This document shows, piece after piece, positions 37,240 through 50,384 of a DNA stretch of 64,000 nt; position 1 is the first letter of the stretch; every line of letters begins with the position of its first letter. The translations under genes and the position numbers were made by a program. This DNA comes from Octopus sinensis (lineage: Eukaryota). Below the pieces are notes generated by a model. That model did not search any database, had not been told where the DNA came from, and saw nothing but the letters and a program-made list of their open reading frames with translations. The DNA lies in NCBI RefSeq assembly GCF_006345805.1, contig NC_043008.1, forward strand, positions 14,942,001 to 15,006,000, read 5' to 3'.

Positions 37240-38522
37240 TCAGAGAGGGGGGAAAAAGAAGTAGGGGAGAGGGAGAGAGAGAGAGAGAGAGGAGGAGAGG
37301 GTGGAGAGGAAAATGAGGAGAGATGGTGTGCACATGACAAGGAGAGAAATAGGGAGAAAGGAGAGGAGGAAAGAAGTGTTTGTGTGTATGGGTGTTTCGT
37401 GCTTGTGCGTGTGTGTAAAGAGAAAAGAAGACAGAGTAAGAGGAAGAGAATGAGTGTGTGTGTGTGCTAGAGAGAGAGAGAGAGGGGCGGAGTGAGAGAG
37501 AGGAGGGTGAGAGAGTGAAAGAGAGAAGGAAAGATGGAGTGACGGAGAGAAAGGAGAGAGGAGAGAGAGAGTGAGAGAGTGAGAGAGAGGAAGAGTGAGA
37601 GAAATGAAGAGTGAGAGAGGGGAAGAGAAAAGAGACAGAGTAAGAGGAAGAGGCTGTGTGTGTGGGGGGGCTAGAGAGAGTGAGAATGAGAGGGAGGGGA
37701 CGAGAGAGTGAAAGAGAGAAGGAAAGATGGCGTGACGGAGAGAAGGGAGAGAGGAGAGAGAGAGGGAGAGTGAGAGAGGGGAAGAGTGAGAGAGAGAGTG
37801 AGATGGAAATAGACAGACGGACTGATAGGTAGGTAGAGAGAAAGAAAGAGAGAGAGAGACAGATAAAGAGAGATAGACAGACAGAAAGAGGGAGAGGCTG
37901 AGCGATGGAGAGTATTTGTTCTGATAAAAGGGAATGAGTGACGCATGCAGAGAACAGGAGTAGGAAGTGTGTGTGTGTGTGTGTGTATGTGTGTGTGTGT
38001 GTGCGAGAGAGAGAGAGAGGAGAGAGAGAGAAGAATAGAGAGGAGAGAAAGCAAGAGTTAGGAGATAGAGAGGAAGGGAGAGAGGGAAAAGAAGAGAAAG
38101 TGTGTTCGTTCTTCTCTCTTCCTTTTTCTCTCTATCTCTCTTTGATACCGCCATACACACACACACACACACATATTCTTCTTCTTCCTCTTTTGCATGC
38201 TCTCTCTACTTTTCTCTCTGTTTCTTATATGCATACACACACACACACACACACACACATAGTCACAGATACACAAACACACACAAACACACACACACAC
38301 ACACACGCACACACACACACACGCAAACACAAACACACACGCACACACAAACACACACACACACACAAACACACGCGCGCGCACACACACACACAAACAC
38401 AAAACCAACACACACACAAACACACACGCACACACACACGCACAAACACACACACACATACACACACGCACACACACCACACACACACACACACACAAAC
38501 ACACACAAACACACACACAAAC

Positions 38523-38555
<33 letters not shown>

Positions 38556-38560
38556 TACAC

Positions 38561-38606
<46 letters not shown>

Positions 38607-38630
38607 ACAAACACACACGCACACACATCC
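37240..38630. repeat. GA-rich tract with a ~205-bp internal duplication, followed by a (CA)n-rich tract
   Basis: GACAGAGTAAGAGGAAGAG...GATGG(A/C)GTGACGGAGAGA occurs at ~37430 and ~37635. Confidence 0.9.
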
Positions 38631-38870
38631 GTTTCTGCTTGCTCCTTCTTCTTCCGCCATTCTTTCTCTTTCATACCCTCTTTTAAAAATCATGAAACCA
38701 ATAATATTTGCGTTGAGGCAGCGGTGAATGCAATGATTCCTCGAAGAGGAGCGGCTGTCGTCGCCGCTTCTTAACCACGCTTTCTCACATCTTATTTCTT
38801 CGAGGGAATTCTAACCCTAGGTCATTTACAGACCTATATTAGGTACTTGCCAATATTGTTTACTCACTAA

Positions 38871-39712
38871 GGTGACAAGCTGGCAGAATCGTTAAACACG
38901 CCGGGCGAAATGCTTAGCGGTATTTCGTCTGCCGCTGCGTTCTGAGTTCAAATTCCGCCGAGGTCGACTTTGCCTTTCATCCTTTCGGGGTCGATTAAAT
39001 AAGTACCAGTTATGCACTGTGGGTTGATATAATCGACTTAATCCGTCTGTCTGTCCTTGTTTGTCCCCTCTGTGTTTGACCCCTTGTGGGTAATAAAGAA
39101 ATAGGTATTTCGTCTGGCAGAAACGTTAGCATGCCGGACGAAATGCGTAGCCGTATTTCGTCTGCCGCTGCGTTCTGAGTTCAAATTCCGCCGAGGTTGA
39201 CTTTGCCTTTCAGCCTTTCGGGGTCGTTAAAAATAAGTACCAGTTACGCACTGGAGTCGATATAATCGACTTAATCCGTTTGTCTATCCTTGTTTGTCCT
39301 CTCTGTGTTTAGCCCCTTGTGGGTAATAAAGAAATAGGCATTTCGTCTGCCGCTACGTTCTGAGTTCAAATTCCGCCGGGGTCGACTTAGCCTTTCATCC
39401 TTTCGGAGTCAATAAATTAAGTACCAGTTACGCACTGGCGTCAATGTAATCGACTTAATCCGTTTGTCTGTCCTTGTTTGTCTCCTATATGTTTAGCCCC
39501 TTGTGGGCAATAAAGAAATAAGAATCGTTAGCACGCTTCGATAAATGCTTAGCGGCATTTCATCCATCTTTACGTTCTGAGTTCAAATTCTGTAGAGGCT
39601 GACTTTGCTTTTTATCGGGGTCGATAAAATAAGTACCAGCGGAATACTGGGGTCGATGTAATCGACTTACCTTTCCCTCAAAATTTCTGTTTTTGTGCCA
39701 AAATTTGAAACC
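38871..39712 (+). mobile_element. SINE family D tetramer; the last unit is diverged and has tail iii
   Basis: Junctions at ~39111, ~39337 and ~39519 (AAGAAATA|AGAATCGTTAGCAC). Confidence 0.9.
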
Positions 39713-39825
39713 GGTATAGGTGGTTCTCATAGCTTAATGGTACAGAGTGCTCAGCCGGAATTTGTGAGGTACACGGTTCAATCCTCCGTAGAAGCTTGCT
39801 GGCCACTTTACAAAAAGAAAAAAAA

Positions 39826-40030
39826 GCGGTGAGCTGGCAGAATCGTTAACATGCAAGCCAAAGGTATTTCGTCCCTCTTTACGTTCTGAGTTCAATTTCT
39901 GCCGAGGTCGACAATACCTTTCATCCTTTCGGGATCAATAAAATAAGTACCATATGTGCATTGGCGTCAGTATAATTGATTTGGTTCCTCCACCGAAATT
40001 ATTAGCGGCCTTGTGTCGAAATTAGAAACC
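39826..40030 (+). mobile_element. SINE family D, old monomer (tail iii)
   Basis: GCGGTGAGCTGGCAGAATCG...CCTTTCATCCTTTCGGGATC...GGCCTTGTGTCGAAATTAGAAACC. Confidence 0.75.
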
Positions 40031-40269
40031 AATGTTGTTAGTCACTCACACCACTCGACCTCTGATACGACTAGTTCTTTTTTGGTGGGTTCTCCAATCG
40101 TAATCAACAGATCAGGGTTTCACAATTTCTTGCTGAACAACCTGTACAGATGGCTTGTTTATAGTGATCTAATATTTTTTTCTGTACGTAAGCTGACTCC
40201 CTCTATAAAATCGATATTGCCTGTACACGTGCACGATGTGCCACATATTAGATGTCGAAGTGGTTGCGG

Positions 40270-40385
40270 AGTAATGTAAAGTGAAGTGTTTAGCTGAAGA
40301 GCACGATGCATCGCCGGGCTCGGGAATCGAAACCACAACCATGCGATCGTGAATGAAGAACCTTAATCACTAGGCCACGCGTCTT
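40270..40385 (-). mobile_element. tRNA-derived SINE head fragment (family F-like)
   Basis: Reverse complement reads GACGCGTGGCCTAGTGATTAAG...GGTTTCGATTCCCG. Confidence 0.7.
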
Positions 40386-40418
40386 TGCAATGCAATTGGC
40401 TACTGGGAATGTTTTCAG

Positions 40419-40513
40419 AAGGGCTCTAGTTTCAAGGAAAATCAACAGATTACTGTATTTCAACGGACTTCCAACCCTAGAAATTACGGACAACTTCCTG
40501 AATTCTTTGACCT
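40419..40513 (+). CDS. Candidate internal exon (unidentified protein)
   Basis: TGTTTTCAG|AAG...GACCT|GTAAGT; open KGSSFKENQQITVFQRTSNPRNYGQLPEFFD. The antisense frame is also open. Confidence 0.3.
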
Positions 40514-40920
40514 GTAAGTGCAACCCGGGAGGGGAGCAGTGACAGTTCGAACCCCACCTCCTCTGCTTTGGTGGAATAAAAGTGCCACCAATCAGGCCCG
40601 TCTAAGATGCGTACAAATCAACGAAACTGTTCTCTATACACTTGCGCAATACCGAGGATTACTATCTTGTAGAGTTATATCGAACAGCTGATCTGGTTAG
40701 ATGCTGGGTTCAATAATCACGAGGATTATCCCGTGGAATTTTCCAAACCTGGAAGGACAGTCATTCGTTTCTGCTTCGTGGTTAAAGTGAAAGCAATTGA
40801 GCTGAGAACAGAATTGATATGACTTCGGACAGGTATTTTCCTCTTCAGCCAAGCCTTCATCAACTTCCTCAGATTTAAATCGAACAAAATGAGGGTGGAG
40901 AGGAAGATGCTAACGATTCT

Positions 40921-41541
40921 TATTTCTTTATTGCCCATAAGGGGCTAAACATAGAGGGGACAAACAAAGACAGACAAACGGATTAAGTCGATTACATCGA
41001 TCCCAATGCGTAACTGGTACTTAATTTATCGACCCCGAAAGGATAAAATGCAAAGTCGACTTCGGCGGAATTTGAACCGAGAACGTAGACAGATGAAATA
41101 CCTATTTCTTTATTGCCCACAACGGGCTAAACACAGAGGGGACAAACAAGGACAGACAAACGGATTAAGTCGATTATATCAACTCCAGTGCGAAACTGGT
41201 ACTTATTTAATCGACCCCGAAAGGATGAAAGGCAAAGTCGACCTCGGTGGAATTTGAACCGAGAACGTAGCGGCAGACGAAATACCTATTTCTTTACTAC
41301 CCACAAAGGGCTAAACACAGAGGGGACAAACAAGGACAGGCAAACGGATTAAGTCGATTACATTGATCCCAGTGCGTAACTGCTACTTAATTTATCGTCC
41401 CCGAAAGGATGAAATGCAAAATCGACCTCGGCGGAATTTGAACCGAGAACGTAGACAGGCGAAATACCTATTTCTTTACTACCCACAAGGGGCTAAACAC
41501 AGAGGGGACAAACAAGGACAGACAAAGGGATTAAGTCGATT
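40921..41541 (-). mobile_element. SINE family D array (3 head-less units plus a partial unit)
   Basis: ~182-bp period; junctions at ~41103, ~41285 and ~41467. Confidence 0.9.
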
Positions 41542-43321
41542 CAATAAATCTGTTGAGGAACGAGACCAGCCCCGTCTGTAAGAGTTTATTCTCAACAAGC
41601 AACTGAAGACTGGAGGGCATTTACCGTAGAGTGCTGCGAACAAACGACTTTATCAGAGAAAGTAGCAGACATATTGAGTGGATGTTCGATGAGTAAATAG
41701 CCAACACTGAATGGTTTGCTTCACTAATTTTTTGTTAGATACCAAACACGTTCGCCATTGCCTTGTAAACTCTCTACTACAACAAAGTGCAAACTGAAAA
41801 AATTCCAAGGTATGCGATCCGAGAGTTCTACTGAAAAAGGTCATAATATACAACTTATGAAGCTATGTGGGAAGTGAGAGGAAAGAATCAATACCTGTCC
41901 CAAGCTATAGAGTGATTGATATTCATTAATAATCAATATTCCCGCCCTTTCACGATTTGCGATGAGAAATATTTATGAACGAGCGATTAAACCCATTCGC
42001 ATTGGGATGTATTTGAAAAACAGGGGTTTTACTGTTTATTGGTTTCTCAGCAGTATTAAAGATCTGAAATAAGTGAAGTCGAATGTTTGCACTCTTTTAC
42101 TGGTTCCATACTGGGACATTAATTCCAATCGAGAATCGGAAATTATTTGCGAAACTTATTGAATTGGCTGAAAGCTTCCGTGCTTCACTGTGGTGCTCGC
42201 CACAGCAAAGTCTGACAGATGCAATGAAAATCTAAGCTGGCACATTTAGCTTGGTGATAGTTTATATACAGAAGGGCTCAAAGTTTGTAATACATCCCTT
42301 CTGTGTCTCAGCTATTCGTGAAAATTCTTACAAATCACTTCATCTTAATTGTAAATGAGCTACAGTGAACAGGTATATGATTTGACTATTTTCACCAGCC
42401 CCACTGTTGTAGTACGTGGAAGAAGATTTATACCCGATTAAACAAATAACTAGAATATTAATTGTAAATCCGGTATACACAAATGAGGCAGTATTTAATT
42501 AAAATAGCTATGTGTGTGTCATACTTAATTTATACATCTTGTCAATAGGCCAGTTACTGCGGTATTTCTCCCGAAATAACATCTCTTGTGGACTCTCCGT
42601 GTTAAAAACACAATGAATATGGGAGGGGAGAGAGAGAGAGAAAGAGAGAGGGAGAGAGAGAGAGAAAGAAAGAAAAATTCGTCGCAGCAAAAGGCCGAAA
42701 GGCATCTGGTGCTCCAGCTGGCCGCTGCTGGGACAAACTTTTGTCTCACCCTTTAATATTTATTGTTTTTAATACAGCAAGTCAACAAGGGATGTTATCT
42801 CAGGAGAAATACAGCAGTAACTGGCCTATGGACAGTGTATATCCATTAAGTGTGAAACATAGGGGACAATTACTTGTAATCGATGTTGTTGATAGACGCG
42901 AAATTTGATCACAAAATCGAAAAAAGGAAAATGAAGTTCTTTCCTTAATCAGATGTTTACATTAGGTCAAATCCTTCCAGTTTGGAAGAAAATCAAGGCG
43001 CTATTACCCTTCCTTCTATAGTTATGACTTTGTTTTATGATTACAGCAAAGAGTCACACTTTCAAGGAAATAATGAATATTTAGATTTTGTATTTGGTTT
43101 GTATGATTCTTTATGTGGATTCGTGTGTTGAAACAATCTTTTTGTGTCTGGGAAGAGTCATATTGCCTTAATATATTTAACACACTCACCGATTCAATTT
43201 CCACTCATTTGTTATCTTTTTTTGTTTGTTCCAAAAAGCTTTTTCGTTGCTTTTGTAACCTTATCAATGGATAACGACCCTGTCCGTAAGCTATGTTCCT
43301 TTATCTGTTTGAGATTTTGTT

Positions 43322-43383
<62 letters not shown>

Positions 43384-44139
43384 CGATGTGCGTGTCTGAC
43401 TCACTTGCAAGGGAGCTATTTTAGCTGATTAGAACTAATAATTAGAACTACTCAGTCACTTCATCTGCAAGGAAAAATCAGTCAAATCAACCTTAAATCG
43501 CATTCTACTACTTTAAAAAAATGGCACATTAGAAAATAGTGTATTGTGCAATTTGTCGTAAAAATTGACAGAATCGATACAGAATGTCTTTGATCATAGG
43601 TATGCTAGATCATGGATGACCAAAGAATAAACAGTATCAACAAACTGATGACTTGACAGTTCTGAGTTCTGAGACAGTTCTGATGGCTTGACAGTTCTTA
43701 GCTATTAATTTCAGCTTCATGACACGAAACTGGTGAATCAAATGCTCTCTGGATAGAAGGAATTTGTGTTGCAGTAATAAGTTTAGAAGAATCTTGTGTG
43801 TTTCTTAGAGCCGGGTGCGACGAGGTAAAGTTAATTGATTGTTGACGTCAGATAACAATCGTGCTTTTTAAAGGTTTTTTTTTTGCCCTCTCTACTTAGC
43901 ATTCAATCATCGTATGTTTGAAAAGAGGTAAAATTTATTCAAATTTCAGAAACGATAAAAAAATAATTGCAAAGAATAACAGAGCTACACCAAAACAACA
44001 TAAAAAAAGGACAAAAAAAACCCTCCAAACAAACAAAACCAAAAATATTTTTTCGTGTTAATTCAACTTGGAAGGATTTAGAAAACAAGAAAAAAGAAGT
44101 AAAACCGAAAGAATTTATTTGACAATTCGATATAATATT

Positions 44140-44345
44140 ATAGATACAAGGCTTAACAATTTTGGTGAGGGACCAGTCGATTACATCGGCCTCGGTTGCA
44201 CAACTGGTACTTGTGTCACCGAACCCGAGAGGATGAAAGGTAAAGTCTATCGCGGATGATGTTTGAACTCAGAACGTAAAGTCGGACGAAATGCCGCTAA
44301 GCCATTTGTCCGGCCTGCTAACGATCCTGTCAGTTCTCCAACTTA
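44140..44345 (-). mobile_element. SINE family D, old monomer (tail ii)
   Basis: Reverse-complement match to the D head and core. Confidence 0.7.
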
Positions 44346-44399
44346 TAATCCAAGACAATAATAATGTTTACTGTTGAAATCATGAATCTGGTATTATTA

Positions 44400-44540
<141 letters not shown>

Positions 44541-44635
44541 GTTAACTTATGTTAGACCAAAATGAAAGGATGAAAAGCAAAGTGGACCTCGGCGGAATCT
44601 GAACTCAGAATGTGAAGACGGACGAAATCCCACTA

Positions 44636-45047
44636 GGCGTAGGAGTGGCTGTATGGTAAGTAGCTTGCTTACCAACCACATGGTTCTGGGTTCAGTCCCA
44701 CTGTGTGGCACCTTGGTCAAGTGTCTTCTACTATAGCCTCGGGCCGACCAAAGTCTTGTGAGTGGATTTGGTAGAAGGAAACTGAAAGATGCCCGTCGTA
44801 TATATGTATATATATATATGTATGCGTGTGTATATGTTTGTGTGTCTGTGTTTGTCCCCCCAATATCGCTTGACAACCGATGCTGGTGTGTTTACGTCCC
44901 CGTAACTTAGCGGTTCGGCAAAAGAGACCGATAAAATAAGTACTAGGCTTACAAAGAATTAGTCCTGGGGTCGATTTGGTCGACTAAAGACGGTGCTCCA
45001 GCATGGTCACAGTCAAATGACTAAAACAAGTAAAAGAGTAAAAAGTG
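44636..45047 (+). mobile_element. SINE family A, full length
   Basis: Matches 1918-2322. Confidence 0.9.
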
Positions 45048-46529
45048 AGTACTTGACTGGTTTATTTTGTCGATCCCCTAAGGAATGATAAAGTTGATTT
45101 CGAAACTTGTGAGGGTGGCCCGCGTCCATACTGAGGGAGTGCTCCTGTCTAGAGTCGAGGATAGTAGAGAAATGTCTTTGGAGGCCTATGTAAGCATTTC
45201 TTCCGGTGTGCTAACGATTCTGCCAGCTCGCCGCCTTGTATCTAATAATTCTGCCAATCCATTGCCTTCTCAGAAATTTCCCCGTTACACAGCCTTGAGG
45301 TAAGAATAAGCGATTATTTACTTAAATTGCAGTACTGGGTTCAAACTTCTTCATAAACAAAATCCCACAATAGACAGACGTTCCAACCCAAATGGTACAG
45401 AAAAGGTTTCTGAATTACTAACAATTATTAAAACAACGAAGCAAAAACAAAAAACACAAACAAAAGGAAAAGAGGATAGAATTATGATAAGCTCCAGCAA
45501 ACTGCAATATTTTCCAGTAATGGCGTCGGCAAAAAAGAAAGAGAGGGAAAAAGATTGGTAGCGGTTGGTGATGGGTGTTTGTAGTGGCGATGGTTGTTTT
45601 GGTAGAAGGAGGTGGGGGGGGGCAAAATATAAAATAATATAATAAGACTAAACGACCAGTAATTAACGAAATGATTGCATGATCACAACAAACCGTTCGA
45701 CCACTCCGGCTGAAAAGCTAAATAGCATCAGTGATTTGTATCTCTCTTATACATTATAGAACACAAGGGTAATTTCATCGTCTATTGGTTAATACTTTGT
45801 TCATTATGTAGTAGTATTGAGTCCAGTGCACAACAACGAGAATGATGAACCCGACGACGACGACGACTACTACGACTGCTACTACGACTACTACTACTCT
45901 ATCTAACAGCATCAACAAGAAAAACAACAATGGCCACGAAGACAAAACGAATAATTACAAATGTATCGATCTTTTGTTGTTGTTAGTTATGATCTTTTTT
46001 TTTATAATTGTTTAGCATTTCTTTTTTTGTTTTTGTACCACCAGAGACTTTTTTCCCCCCTCTCGAACTTAGGAGCGAACACGTATGCTATTTATTTTGT
46101 TAAAGTCATCTAACCGGATGTCTGCTTACACCCCATTGTGGTTGATTGATTACAAACATAAGAATCTTCTACCTTTTCTCTCCTTTCATTTCAACTATGT
46201 AAATTACTAACCGGACGTTAGTAATATTATAACTGATGTGTATTCTGAGTTCAAATACAACCAGGGTCCGTTGTGGCTTTCATCTCCGCGAAATCAATAA
46301 AATAAATATCGCTAGTAAATTCAGGATGAACAGATCGATTGTACACACACTTCCAATATACAAAAAAATCTGGTTCTTGTAACAACAAATCAGACAAACA
46401 AACGTCTACGGGTCGCTCGACCTGTTAGAAATGGCAACTTTCAATAATAACAAGAAATGTTTTCGCACAATTAGATAAAACTAAAAACTCCATCTAAATT
46501 AACCAACAAACTTACTACGGACTTTTCTC

Positions 46530-47413
46530 AAATCACATCACCGACACTTAAAAAAAAATACTTTATACGACACCAACGCTAAAGCTAAAAGACTACAAAC
46601 CATGTTTTTACAGACGATAGAGAAGAGTCTGTAGCTTTATGATGCTCTGTATTTCAAAGTATCACAGAATCACTGTTGCTACAAAACTTTCCCACCAGAC
46701 TTATTAACCTCACAAAAAACTGATAGAATCATCAGAAAATATAATCTTATCTCTTTATTGCCCACAAGGAGTTAAACATAGAGGAGACAAACAAGGACAG
46801 AAGACAAATAAGAAAAGGCAAAGGGAATACGTTGATTACATTGACCCCAGTGCGTAACGGGTACTTAATTTAACGATCCCAAAAGGATGAAAGGCAAACT
46901 CGACCTCGGCGGAATTTGAACTCAGAACGTAGCAGCAGACGAAATACCTATTTCTTTACTACTCAGAAGGGGCTAAACACAGAGAGAACAAACAAGGACA
47001 GACAAACGGATTAAGTCGATTATATCGACCCCAGTGCGTAACTGGTACTTATTTAATCGTCCCCCGAAAGGATGAAAGGCAAAGTCGACCTCGGCGGAAT
47101 TTGAACTCAGAACGTAGCGACAGACAATGTACCGCCCAGCGTTTCGCCCGGCGGGCTAACGTTTCTGCCAGCTCACCGCCTTTTCAGAAAATCATATCAA
47201 CCGACACTTAAAAAAACAAACAAACTTTGTACGACACCTACGCTAAAGCTAAAAGACTACAAACCATGTTTTTTATAGGCGATAAAGAAGAGTCTGTAGC
47301 TCTATGAAACTCTCTATTGCAAAGTATCACAGAATCACTGTTGCTACAAAACTTTTCCACCAGACTTATTAACCTCACAAAATGCTGATAGAATCATCAG
47401 AAAATATAATCTT
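46530..47413. repeat. ~220-bp direct repeats (46530-46748, 47188-47413) flanking a minus-strand family D dimer (46749-47183)
   Basis: CCGACACTTAAAAAA...CGCTAAAGCTAAAAGACTACAAACCATG...TCAGAAAATATAATCTT occurs twice. Confidence 0.9.
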
Positions 47414-47749
47414 GACAGCACAATCCCCTAAATTATCATCAGCTTCCTACTTGTCATGTTAGAATGACACTAATTTTCTGTCACCTTAAAGTAAAGACAC
47501 ATTGGACAACGATGTTGTCCTAGATACATAAAAAAGTCGAAATACTGATAGTTGAAACGCTATTGATCATGAATCTACGTGATCAGAGACGATCAGGTCC
47601 AGACAACTGCGACTATTTCAACTGGTTCTTGCAATCATTAACCAACAAGGAAATTACTTCATGGTTGCTCGATCTGTTAGAAATAGAAGGCATATCTCCC
47701 TCATATCTCAACTTAAACTAATTCAGTTCATTATTAGTTAGTGGAGCAA

Positions 47750-48360
47750 GGCGGCGAGCTGGCAGAAACGTTAGCACACCGGGGGAAATGCTCAGCGGAA
47801 TTTCGTCTGCCGTCACGTTCTGAGTTCAAATTCCGCCGAGGTCGACTTTGCCTTTCATCCTTTCGGGGTCGATTAAATAAGTACCAGTTACACACTGAGG
47901 TCGATATAATCGACTTAATCCGTTTGTCTGTCCTTGTTTGTCCCCTCTATGTTTAGCCCCTTGTGGGCAATAAAGAAATAGGTATTTCGTCTGACTTCAC
48001 CTTCTAAGTTCAAATGCCGCCGGTGTGGACTTTCGGGGTCAGTGAAATAAGTACCAGTTGCGTACTGGGGTCGATGTCATCGACTATCCCCCTCCTTCAA
48101 ATTTCAGGCTTTGAGCCTATAGTAGAAAGGATTGTTAGTTAACGGAGTAAGGCAGTGAGTGGGTAGAGTCATTAGTGCACCGGACAAAATGCTTAGTGGT
48201 ATTTCTTCCGGCTCTTCCCGTTCTGAGTTCAAATTCTACCGAGGTTTGTCTTTGCCTTTCATCATTTCGAGGACAATAAAATAAGTACAAGTTGAGTCTT
48301 GGAGTCGATGTACCCTCCCTCTTAAACTGAAGGTCTTATGCCAAAATTTGAAACCATCAT
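47750..48360 (+). mobile_element. Family D cluster: young unit + older tail-ii unit, then an adjacent old tail-iii copy
   Basis: Junction GAAATA|GGTATTTC at ~47981; diverged flanking duplication TTAGTTA..GGAG.AAGGC. Confidence 0.85.
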
Positions 48361-48414
48361 TAGTCAATGGAGTTTTTGCTATAATTCAAATACAGTATTG
48401 TATATATGTACAGT

Positions 48415-48470
<56 letters not shown>

Positions 48471-48786
48471 ATATAATATATATATTATATATATATATAT
48501 ATGTATATTTGGAGGGCAAGCCACTATGTGGTCGGCCGTATGCTAGAAGTGGATCACCTACGATCAAACTACAAAGAAAAGAATATTCTCTAGAGGAAAA
48601 TTCAGCGGACACCAGAACGAAAATGCGGGCAAGACAGACGAAAATTAAATAAAAATCAGAATTACTCACAGACCGGTGGTTTCGCCTATTTATCTCCGTC
48701 AATATTCAATTTATCATCTCCCTCATTATATATATATATATATTGTATATATGTACATATTGTACATATGTAATACGTACAATGAA

Positions 48787-49200
48787 GGTGGCGAGCTGGC
48801 AGAAACGTTAGTACGCCGGGCGAAATGCTTAGCGGTATTTCGTCTGCCGTTACGTTCTGAGTTCAAATTCCGCCTAGGTCGACTTTGCCTTTCATCCTTT
48901 CGAGGTCGATAAATTAAGTACCAGTTACGCACTGGGGTCGATATAATCGACTTAATCCCTTTGTCTGTCCTTGTTTGTCCCCTCTGTGTTTAGCCCCTTG
49001 TGGGTAGTAAAGAAATAGGTATTTCGTCTGCCGCTACGTTCTGAGTTCAAATTCCGCCGAGGTCGATTTTGCCTTTCATCCTTTCGGGGTCTATAAATTA
49101 AGTACCAGTTATGCACTGGGGTCGATATAATCGGTTTAATCCGTTTGTCTGTCCTTGTTTGTCCCCTCTATGTTTAGCCCCTTGTGGGCAGTAAAAGAAA
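48787..49200 (+). mobile_element. SINE family D dimer with a 15-bp TSD
   Basis: AATACGTACAATGAA at 48772-48786 and 49203-49217. Confidence 0.92.
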
Positions 49201-49399
49201 CAAATACGTACAATGAACAGCACTTCATTCAACTGATATTATCCACACGTTACTAAATGCCGCACTTAAAAGTATCACAAAATCAATTATTTTACTGTTT
49301 TCTCCCACTAGACTTGCTAACTTCAAGAAAACTGTGACATCAGTACAAGAAACAATGTAGAAAGGAACTATTAGGAAGCTCATTGAATATCATGTCTGC

Positions 49400-49593
49400 T
49401 AAGTTCACCGTTATCAATTCACCACAGGGGAAAGTTCACCAGGGTTTGTGTTATATGACGTCTGATAAGTTCACTGTCATCAATTCATCGTTTCGTTTCT
49501 CAATAAAATAGTTTTTAACTATTAATGGTGAGACACTATGGATATATTTTCTCGGTAAACTTTCCTCACGGTGAATTGATGGCAGTGAACTTA
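49400..49593. mobile_element. Small MITE-like inverted repeat
   Basis: TAAGTTCACCGTTATCAATTCACC...GGAAAGTTCACC is mirrored at ~49555-49593. Confidence 0.5.
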
Positions 49594-49981
49594 CCTATAA
49601 CCGTTGGATATATTCTACCTGAAATTCAAGCGCAGCATCTTGTCAAACTCTGTATTGCTCTGAATCTGCTTGAGGAGTATGCTAAAATACACAAATCAAG
49701 AGCGTTGTAGGTTAAAATATCGGATGGGCATAAGTCCGCTAGGGACGTTAACTTTTACATTTAATAAGCATTTTTTAATTATTTAAATGAAAGAAAAAAA
49801 ATTCCCCTTGGAAAAGGAATGAGTTATTCGATTTTCATTCCCCGGCCAGCTTTTTTGCAATGAGTGGATGACAACAAAATCATAGCGGTGGTGTGACACC
49901 CTGGAGGCTAAAATGATTACATAAAACATCAAAACATCACGACCGTATGGCAATTCTCATGACCAAAATATAAACAACATA

Positions 49982-50384
49982 GGCGCAGAAGTGGCTGTGT
50001 GGTAAGTAGCTTGTTAACCAACCACATGGTTCCGGGTTCAGTCCCACTGCGTGGCATCTTGGGTAGGTGTCTTCTGCTATTGCCCCGGGCCGACCAATGC
50101 CTTGTGAGTGGATTTGGTAGACGGAAACTGAAAGAAGCCTGTCGTATATATGTAAATATATATATATATATGTATGTGTGTGTGTTTGTGTGTCTGTGTT
50201 TGTTCCCCTAGCAGTGCTTGACAACCGTCACTTAGCGGTTCGGCAAAAAGAGACCGACAGAATAAGTACTGGGCTTACAAAAAGAATAAGTCCCGGGGTC
50301 GAGTTGCTCGACTAAAAAAGGCGGTGCTCCAGCATGGCCGCAGTCAAATGACTGAAACAAGTAAAAGAGTAAAAGAGTAAAAGA
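49982..50384 (+). mobile_element. SINE family A, full length (small internal deletion)
   Basis: Matches 1918-2322; tail (GTAAAAGA)3. Confidence 0.9.

Noticed and set aside
39720-39795. Possible tRNA gene (TAGCTTAATGGT...GGTTCAATCC)
   Set aside because: The anticodon and acceptor stems do not pair properly; at best it is a decayed tRNA-derived head.
40674-41810. Pseudogene or alternative-code ORF after removing the D array
   Set aside because: Frames carry 4-8 stops in ~190 codons, close to random expectation, and show no recognisable motif.
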